Assembly: GCA_963767925.1 (NCBI GenBank)
Contig: CAVYGB010000002.1
Span: forward strand, 1,440,001 to 1,504,000
Origin: an uncultured delta proteobacterium
GTDB taxonomy: Bacteria; Myxococcota_A; Polyangia; Fen-1088
DNA length: 64,000 nucleotides
Direction: 5' to 3'
Shown: one piece after another, positions 57,890 through 64,000 of the stretch
Position numbering within the stretch: position 1 is the first letter of the stretch
Layout: the number at the start of each line of letters is the position of its first letter
The notes under the pieces: generated by a model
Told to the model about the DNA's origin: nothing
The model's database searches: none
Seen by the model: only the letters and a program-made list of their open reading frames with translations
Translations under genes and position numbers: made by a program

Positions 57890-59530
57890 ATGAGCCTGAA
57901 GGGAAACCTCGAGGACGTCTCCGTCGTCGACGTTATCCAGTTCATTTACATCGGCGGTCGCACCGGCACCCTCGGGTTCCGGGCCAACGAGGCGGAGGCC
58001 CGCCTGGGCTTTCAGCGCGGGCGCATCACCAACGCCTGGCGCACGGGCGCGCCCCGCCTGGGCGAGCTGCTGGTGGCAGCCAGCGCCCTCGACGAGCCCA
58101 ACCTCAAGCGGGCCCTCATCAACCAGGAGGCCGAGCGCCCGCGCCGCTCGATCGGGCAGGTGCTGATCAGCCTGGGTTTGGTGCCCCAGGAGAAGATCCA
58201 CGAGGTCCTGGCCCGCCACTTCGCCTCGCTGGTGCAGGAGATCGTGACGCTCCAGCGCGGCACCTTCGAGTTCGTCCTCGACGACGTCTGGCCGGTCGAG
58301 GACCTGACCGCCTTCCCCGGCGACGTCGCGGCCAAGGTCGAGCTCGACACCCAGATGGTCCTGCTCGAAGCGCTCAGCGCCCTCGACGAGATGAGGCGCG
58401 ACGGCCGCCCGGGCCCCGGCATCGACCCGGCCAACGAGGAGTTCGTCTCCGAGCGCACCCTCACCGACGACGAGGTGGTGGCGGCCCTGACCGCCGAGCC
58501 GGGCGCCTCGCTGGCCGCCGCCGGGCACGCCACCCCCACCCCCACCCCGGTGGCCCGCTCCAGCTTCTCCAGCACCAGCCTGCCGGTGATGGCCACCTTC
58601 CCGCGCATCCAGGTGGTCACCACCGACACCGGCCTGGCCGAACGGCTGCGCAACGCCCTGGCCACCGAGAACGCCCGGGTCTCGGCGGTCCCCGCCCGCG
58701 ACGCCGGCTCCACCTTGCCGGGCGAGTCGGCCCCCATCGTCGTCATCGACATCCGGGGCTCCTCCCTCAGCGTCGAGTCGATCCGGGCCCTGCGCCGCAC
58801 CCGCCCCCGGGCCTCGGTGGTGGCCTATTGCCAGCCCCACGTCCCCCTCAACCAGGTCTACGACGCCGGCGCCGCCGCCGCCGTCCACGGCGACGAGACC
58901 GCCCTGGCCGCCTGCGTGCGGGGCATGTACCGCTCGCGCACCGAGCTGTCGACCGAGAGCCTGGTGGCAGACGGCATCCGGGAGGGCTTCGCCCGCCTGC
59001 GCCGGATCGTGGGGGAGCTGCGCTCGGGCCTGCTCAGCACCACCGTCTCGCTCAACCTCATGAACGCGGTGGCCGAGTCGCTCGACCGGGCCATCCTGTT
59101 CGTGATCCAGCAGGACCTGCTCATCCCCCTGGGCGCCTTCGGCGTCGTCTCCTCGGGCAAGAAGCTGTTCGAGCTGAGCCGCAACCTGCAGATCAGCCTG
59201 CGCGAGCCCTCGGTCTTCACCGAGTGTGTCGAGACCGGGCGGGCCCGCCTGGCCCGCTACGAAGAGGCCAATTTGCCGAAGTCCTTCAAGGAGATCGTCA
59301 ACCGCCCCCGGGCCGGCCAGATCGCCGTCTTGCCCGTCTCGGGGAGCCAGCGGGTCATCGCCATCATCTACGTCGACAACGGCAACAAGGATCGCCCCAT
59401 CGCCGACATCCAGGTGCTCGAGCTTGCCGCCTTCCAGCTGGGCCTGGCCCTGGAGAACGAGTTCCTCCGGCGTGCGCGCGACACCGCCCGCGCCGCCGCT
59501 CGTTCGCCCCAGCTCCGCAACGCGAGCTGA
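57890..59530 (+). CDS. DUF4388 (PatA_N) / MshEN-like, degenerate REC-like and GAF domain protein
   Basis: 'MSLKGNLEDVSVVDVIQFI...RTGTL', 'RLGELLV...LKRALINQ', 'GTFEF'; C-terminal 'VIAIIYVDN ... LALEN'. Confidence 0.8.
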   Translation: MSLKGNLEDVSVVDVIQFIYIGGRTGTLGFRANEAEARLGFQRGRITNAWRTGAPRLGELLVAASALDEPNLKRALINQEAERPRRSIGQVLISLGLVPQEKIHEVLARHFASLVQEIVTLQRGTFEFVLDDVWPVEDLTAFPGDVAAKVELDTQMVLLEALSALDEMRRDGRPGPGIDPANEEFVSERTLTDDEVVAALTAEPGASLAAAGHATPTPTPVARSSFSSTSLPVMATFPRIQVVTTDTGLAERLRNALATENARVSAVPARDAGSTLPGESAPIVVIDIRGSSLSVESIRALRRTRPRASVVAYCQPHVPLNQVYDAGAAAAVHGDETALAACVRGMYRSRTELSTESLVADGIREGFARLRRIVGELRSGLLSTTVSLNLMNAVAESLDRAILFVIQQDLLIPLGAFGVVSSGKKLFELSRNLQISLREPSVFTECVETGRARLARYEEANLPKSFKEIVNRPRAGQIAVLPVSGSQRVIAIIYVDNGNKDRPIADIQVLELAAFQLGLALENEFLRRARDTARAAARSPQLRNAS

Positions 59531-59537
59531 GGCCCCC

Positions 59538-61286
59538 TTGCTCGATCCCCTGCTCGCCGGGCTGTTGCAGGACTACGTCGACGAGTGCCTGCCCCTGGCC
59601 CAGCAGGTGGGGGCCGCCGTGCTCGAGCTGGAGTCGGCCTGGGACGGCGGCGAGCGGGTCGAGGACGAGGAGGGCTCGCAGCCGCACCTGCGGGCCATCA
59701 AGAGCGCTCTGCACACAATCAAGGGCGGCTCGGCCATGCTGGGCTACACCCCCATCGAGGCCCTGGCCCACGGCCTGGAGGACGTCTGCGCCGCCGTCAC
59801 CGGGCAGCCCGAGCGGCGGGGACCCCGCGAGGTGGAGCTGCTGCTGGAGGGCGCCGATCTGCTGATCGGCCTCATCCAGAGCTCCGGGCAGGGTGAGGTC
59901 GATCCGGCCGCCAGCGACGCCTTCTTGCGCCACGTGGCCGAGGTCCTCAGCGCCGCCCCCAGCCGCCGGAGCCGCCCGGCCGAGGGCAAGAGCGCGCCCG
60001 AGTCGGCCGGGCGCACCCGCACCCAGGCCACCCCCATCCCCGCCGCCGCCGAGGACGCCACCTCCATCCGGATCGACGACAGCAAGGTCGACGAGCTGAT
60101 GGAGCTGGCCAGCGAGACGGTGGTGACCCACACCGAGCTGCTGGCGGTGCAGGCCCGCGCCGCCAAGGGGGCGCTGGGGCCCGCCGACCTGGCCACCTTC
60201 GACGCCGTGGTGACCGATCTCGGGCGCACCACCCGCCGCCTGCGCGAGGAGCTGCTGCGCATCCGCCTGATGCCGGTCTCCTCGCTGTTCGTGCGCTTTC
60301 GCCGCTACGTGCGCGACCTGGCCCGCGAGCGCGGCCAGGAGGTGCAGCTCACCATCGAGGGGGCCGAGACGACCCTCGACCGGGCGGTGCTCAGCCGCCT
60401 GCACGAGCCGCTGCTGCACATGGTGCGCAACGCCTTCGCCCACGGCATCGAGAAGCCGGAGGCCCGCCGGGCCGCGGGCAAGCCCGAGGAGGCCAACCTG
60501 CTGCTGGCCGCCAAGCTGGTCTCGGGCCGGGTCAAGATCGCGGTCGTCGACGACGGGCGGGGCCTGGACCTGGCGGCCATCGCCCGCAAGGGCCGCTCGC
60601 TGGGGGTGGAGACCGACGGCATGAGCGAGGAGGAGCTGCGCCGCCTCATCTTCATGCCGAACTTCTCGACCGCCGCCACCGTCTCGAACCTGGCCGGCCG
60701 GGGGGTGGGGCTCGACGTGGTGGCGGAGGCGATCTACAGCCTCGGGGGCTCGGTCGACGTCGAGAGCGCGCCGGGGGCGGGCACCGCCTTCCTGCTCAAC
60801 ATGCCGATCACCATCTCGCAGCTCAAGGCCCTGGTGGTGAGCGTCGATCGCGAGCTTTACATCGTGCCCCTGGGCTTCGTGCTCGAGAGCGTGGCGGTCG
60901 ACATGGCGGCCATCCACGAGGTGGGGCACGTGCCGGTGATGACCTGGCGGGGCGAGCTCATCCCGGTGACCGACGCCGGCGTCCTGGTCGGCACCGTCGC
61001 CGAGCGGGCCGCCCGCCGGGGCTACTGCGTGATCCTGTCGTCGGGTAGCCGCCGGCGGGGCCTGCTCGTCGACCGGCTGCTGCGGCGGCAGGACGTGGTC
61101 ATCAAGGCCCTCGACGAGTCGCTGGGCCCCAGCCACGTCGTCTTCGGGCTGAGCATCCTCGGCGACGGCCGGGTCGCCCCCATCCTCGATTGCGCCCAGA
61201 TCCTGGGCCAGACCATGGCCCCGCGTTCGGGCGGCGGCTGGCGAAAGGGAGCCGATGTCGGAGGACACGACCAGACGCGGCCTTGA
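59538..61286 (+). CDS. cheA: Chemotaxis histidine kinase CheA (no obvious P2 domain)
   Basis: P1 'LHTIKGGS'; P4 'HMVRNAFAHGIE', 'DDGRG', 'FST', 'GRGVGLDVV'; P5 'SILGDGRVAPILD'. Confidence 0.95.
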   Translation: MLDPLLAGLLQDYVDECLPLAQQVGAAVLELESAWDGGERVEDEEGSQPHLRAIKSALHTIKGGSAMLGYTPIEALAHGLEDVCAAVTGQPERRGPREVELLLEGADLLIGLIQSSGQGEVDPAASDAFLRHVAEVLSAAPSRRSRPAEGKSAPESAGRTRTQATPIPAAAEDATSIRIDDSKVDELMELASETVVTHTELLAVQARAAKGALGPADLATFDAVVTDLGRTTRRLREELLRIRLMPVSSLFVRFRRYVRDLARERGQEVQLTIEGAETTLDRAVLSRLHEPLLHMVRNAFAHGIEKPEARRAAGKPEEANLLLAAKLVSGRVKIAVVDDGRGLDLAAIARKGRSLGVETDGMSEEELRRLIFMPNFSTAATVSNLAGRGVGLDVVAEAIYSLGGSVDVESAPGAGTAFLLNMPITISQLKALVVSVDRELYIVPLGFVLESVAVDMAAIHEVGHVPVMTWRGELIPVTDAGVLVGTVAERAARRGYCVILSSGSRRRGLLVDRLLRRQDVVIKALDESLGPSHVVFGLSILGDGRVAPILDCAQILGQTMAPRSGGGWRKGADVGGHDQTRP

Positions 61287-62007
61287 GAACGCGCCCCCCG
61301 GGGGCGCCGGCGAAGCCGCCGGCAAGGTCAGCCTGCCCCCCTTCGGCCTGGCCCAGGAGATCCTGCGCCAGATGTCGACCCCCGAGGCCCTGCCCACCGG
61401 CCCGGGCACCGAGCGCACGTCCACCGGCGCGAGCGCCCCCGTCCCCGGCGCCGCGTCCCCCGAGGGCTACCGCGGCCGGGAGAGCCTGCTCCAGTTCGCC
61501 GACGCGGTGATGAGCGTCCCCACCCGGGAGGCCGCCGCCCCCGCGGCCCGCGAGACCGAGGAGCACCTTGTCACCTTCTTCCTGCAGGACGAGGAGTACG
61601 GCGTGCCGGTGCTACGCTCGCGTGAGATCGTGCGGGTCGGGGACATCACCCGCATCCCCGAGGCCCCGGCCCACATCCGGGGCGTCTTCAACCTGCGCGG
61701 GCGGATCTTGCCGGTGGTCGACCTGCGCACGCGCCTGGGGCTGCCCCCGGCGGCCCTCACCCCCCGCTCGCGGCTGATCCTCGTGGAGGCCCACAGCCGG
61801 GTGCTCGCCCTGCTGTGCGACGGCGTCTCGCGCATGACCCGGGTGGCGGCCTCCCTGGTGCGGCCGCCCCCCGTCGAGGCCCTGTCCGCCCAGGTCGACT
61901 ACGTCACCGGGGTGGCCCAGGTCGGCGGCCGGCTGATCATCCTGCTCGACCTGGACCGGGTGTTGCTGCTGTCGCCCGAAGGCGGGCGGGGCGCCGCCGG
62001 CGGCTGA
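61255..62007 (+). CDS. cheW: CheW coupling protein with an N-terminal extension
   Basis: 'LVTFFL..EEYGV', 'GVFNLRGRILPVVDL', 'LIILLDLDRVL'. Confidence 0.95.
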   Translation: MSEDTTRRGLENAPPGGAGEAAGKVSLPPFGLAQEILRQMSTPEALPTGPGTERTSTGASAPVPGAASPEGYRGRESLLQFADAVMSVPTREAAAPAARETEEHLVTFFLQDEEYGVPVLRSREIVRVGDITRIPEAPAHIRGVFNLRGRILPVVDLRTRLGLPPAALTPRSRLILVEAHSRVLALLCDGVSRMTRVAASLVRPPPVEALSAQVDYVTGVAQVGGRLIILLDLDRVLLLSPEGGRGAAGG

Positions 62008-62034
62008 GCGCCCCCCGCCCGCTGCACCGGCGCC

Positions 62035-63264
62035 CTACAGCGCGCTCAGGAAGGCCACCAGATCGGCCTCCTGCAAGCCGTTGAACTGGAAGCCCAGCGC
62101 CACCTCGTAGAACGTGACCACCTCGTGCAAGGTGTCGGCGATGCCGTTGTGGAAGTAGGGCGCCCGGTCGGCCAGGCCGCGCAGGGTGGGGGTCTTGAAG
62201 CGGTCGACGTCGCTCCACAGCCCGGTGCTGCCGCCCCGGCCCCAGTCGGTGGTCTGGCGGGTCTCGCCGGTGCTCCGGTGCTTCAGGGTGTAGACGGCCA
62301 TGTCCGGCTTGCGGTACTGGGGCAAGGAGGTGCCGATGTCGAACAGCGTGCCGCTGACGTTCTGCCCGCTGTTGACGGCGTTGTGGCAGCCGCGGCAGCT
62401 CCGGCCGCCGGCGTTGACGGCGTTGAACAGCTCCTGGCCGCGGGCGATCTGGGCCCGCCGGGGGTTGAGCGCGCCGATCCAGGCGTCGTAGAGGTCGAAG
62501 CGCCCGGCCACCAGCGGCTGGGCGGCGTGGGCCTGGGGCCCGCCCTTGGCCCCGGCGGCGTCGAGGTTGCCCACCAGCAGGAGGGAGTTGCGGGCGTGAA
62601 ACAGGCTCAGCTCGTGGTCGACGATGGCGAAGATGACCGCGTCGGAGGCGGGGGGCCCCTGCTGGGCTCCGGTGACGTTGCCGCGCGCTTGTCGGATGAG
62701 GCCCTCGCGCAGGTTGGTCCCCACCGTGTTGGCCCCGTCCCACATCACGGTGTGGCTCTTGAAGTTGGCGGTGGGTAGCGGGCGGCGGAAGAACTGGAGC
62801 TGCTCGGTGGTGCCGAAGCCGAAGGGATCGCTGGCCGCGATCACGTCGAACTCGCGGGTGGCCGGCGGGCGGCGCAGGCGCACGAACTTTCCCTGCAGCA
62901 ACATCGTGTACGCCTGGCGGCGGGCGTGTTCGGTCGAGAGGTCGGCGTCGGGGCGGTCGGCGTCGAGGCGGTTGAACAGCGGGTGCAGGCCGTCGCTGTG
63001 CTCGAACAGGTGGTGGGCGGTAGCCGGAGTGATGCTCCAGCCGTCTTCGGGCAGGTGGCAGGTGCCGCAGCTCCGGCCGTTGCTCCCCTGGGGCGTGTGA
63101 AATTCGTTGTCGAGGTCGATCGGCCCCTGGGTGCTGTAGGAGGTCGAGACGCCCTCCAGGTTCTCCAGCAAGCCGAACGTCGTCTCGTCGACGGCGGCCT
63201 CCGGGGCACAGGCGAGGACAGGGAGCAGGACGAGCTCGACGAGCAGAGTGTGAAGACGCCTCAT
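62035..63264 (-). CDS. Di-haem cytochrome c peroxidase/MauG superfamily lipoprotein
   Basis: Lipobox 'VLAC'; CGTCH and CRGCH; 'MWDG'; 'FKTPTLRGL..RAPYFHNG'. Confidence 0.9.
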   Translation of the reverse strand: MRRLHTLLVELVLLPVLACAPEAAVDETTFGLLENLEGVSTSYSTQGPIDLDNEFHTPQGSNGRSCGTCHLPEDGWSITPATAHHLFEHSDGLHPLFNRLDADRPDADLSTEHARRQAYTMLLQGKFVRLRRPPATREFDVIAASDPFGFGTTEQLQFFRRPLPTANFKSHTVMWDGANTVGTNLREGLIRQARGNVTGAQQGPPASDAVIFAIVDHELSLFHARNSLLLVGNLDAAGAKGGPQAHAAQPLVAGRFDLYDAWIGALNPRRAQIARGQELFNAVNAGGRSCRGCHNAVNSGQNVSGTLFDIGTSLPQYRKPDMAVYTLKHRSTGETRQTTDWGRGGSTGLWSDVDRFKTPTLRGLADRAPYFHNGIADTLHEVVTFYEVALGFQFNGLQEADLVAFLSAL

Positions 63265-63601
63265 GATCGACCTCCTGGGAAGGCGGGCCCGGCGGCGGAG
63301 GCGCCGACGGAAACCGCGCCAGGGTCACCGTCGTCGGAAGGTCGGGCCCACTGAACGCCGGCTTGCGTTCGTCCGCGCCGGGGGCGTTCATCGTCGGGCT
63401 TCGGTCCGGTCGTTCCCTGAAGCCCTGATCCGGCCGCGCGGAGCGCCCGCTGCGCGTCGATGGCCAGAGGCGCGGGATCCGGCGGCCGGGGTCAGCGCGG
63501 CTGCGCGGCGGGGGATCCCGGGCGATCAGGCCCCGCCAGTACCAGCGGCCCCTGGGCCCGGCGGAAGGGGCAACCCTCAGCGCGCGAGGGGCCGCGCGCG
63601 G

Positions 63602-64000
63602 TCACAGCGCGTTCAGGAAGGCGGCCAGGTCGCCCTCTTCCCGGCGGGTGAAGTCGAAGCCCAGGGAGTCTTCGTAGAAGCGGACCACGTCGCGCAGGGT
63701 CTCGGCGATGCCGTTGTGGAAGTAGGGCGCGCGCGCGGCCAGCCCGCGCAGGTTGGGGGTCTTGAAGCGATCGACGTCCCGCCACCGGCCGGTGACCCCA
63801 CCTTGACCCCAGTCGGTTGTCTCGCGGGTGGCCCCGGTGGCCCGGTTGCGCAAGGTGTAGACGGCCATGTCCGGCTTGCGGTGCGCCGGCAGCGACGCGC
63901 CGACGTCGAACAGCAGCCCGGCGACGTTCTGGCCGTTGTTGGCGGCGTTGTGGCAGCCCAGGCAGCTCCGGCCGCTGGCGTCGCCGGTGTTGAACAGCTC
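63602..64000 (-). CDS. Second di-haem CCP/MauG-family paralogue (3' part; runs off the window)
   Basis: CLGCH; 'FKTPNLRGLAARAPYFHNG'; collinear with the C-terminal part of 62035-63264. Confidence 0.88.
   Translation of the reverse strand, partial: ELFNTGDASGRSCLGCHNAANNGQNVAGLLFDVGASLPAHRKPDMAVYTLRNRATGATRETTDWGQGGVTGRWRDVDRFKTPNLRGLAARAPYFHNGIAETLRDVVRFYEDSLGFDFTRREEGDLAAFLNAL

Overview
A very GC-rich chromosomal window that looks myxobacterial (Myxococcota, probably Polyangia-like). This is inferred from gene content: a Ser/Thr kinase-TPR/PEGA pair, a zinc-ribbon/TPR protein, an ECF-FecR-TPR cassette, a receptor with a fused TonB-C domain, and a DUF4388 protein. It holds about 50 genes for signalling, cell envelope and accessory enzymes. 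I found no rRNA, tRNA, CRISPR array, transposase or prophage. Main observations: (1) a recurring sigma28/FliA-type promoter motif (TCAAG-N14/15-GCCGAT) upstream of non-flagellar signalling genes, including back-to-back copies; (2) a chemosensory cluster without MCP/CheR/CheB, with an inverted CheY duplication and a DUF4388/MshEN-like-GAF protein; (3) a chromosomal AAC(3)-IV-like aminoglycoside acetyltransferase; (4) tandem MauG-type (Tyr at the distal-ligand position) di-haem lipoproteins; (5) a two-transmitter kinase with five 363-nt FixL-like PAS repeats; (6) two divergent lipoprotein paralogues around a TPR-PEGA gene; (7) REP-like palindromes, one doublet read through in frame; (8) clear BlaI operators; (9) single-base frameshifts in the M56 peptidase and TonB genes, which may be assembly errors. 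All family assignments come from motif recognition by eye, not from database searches.
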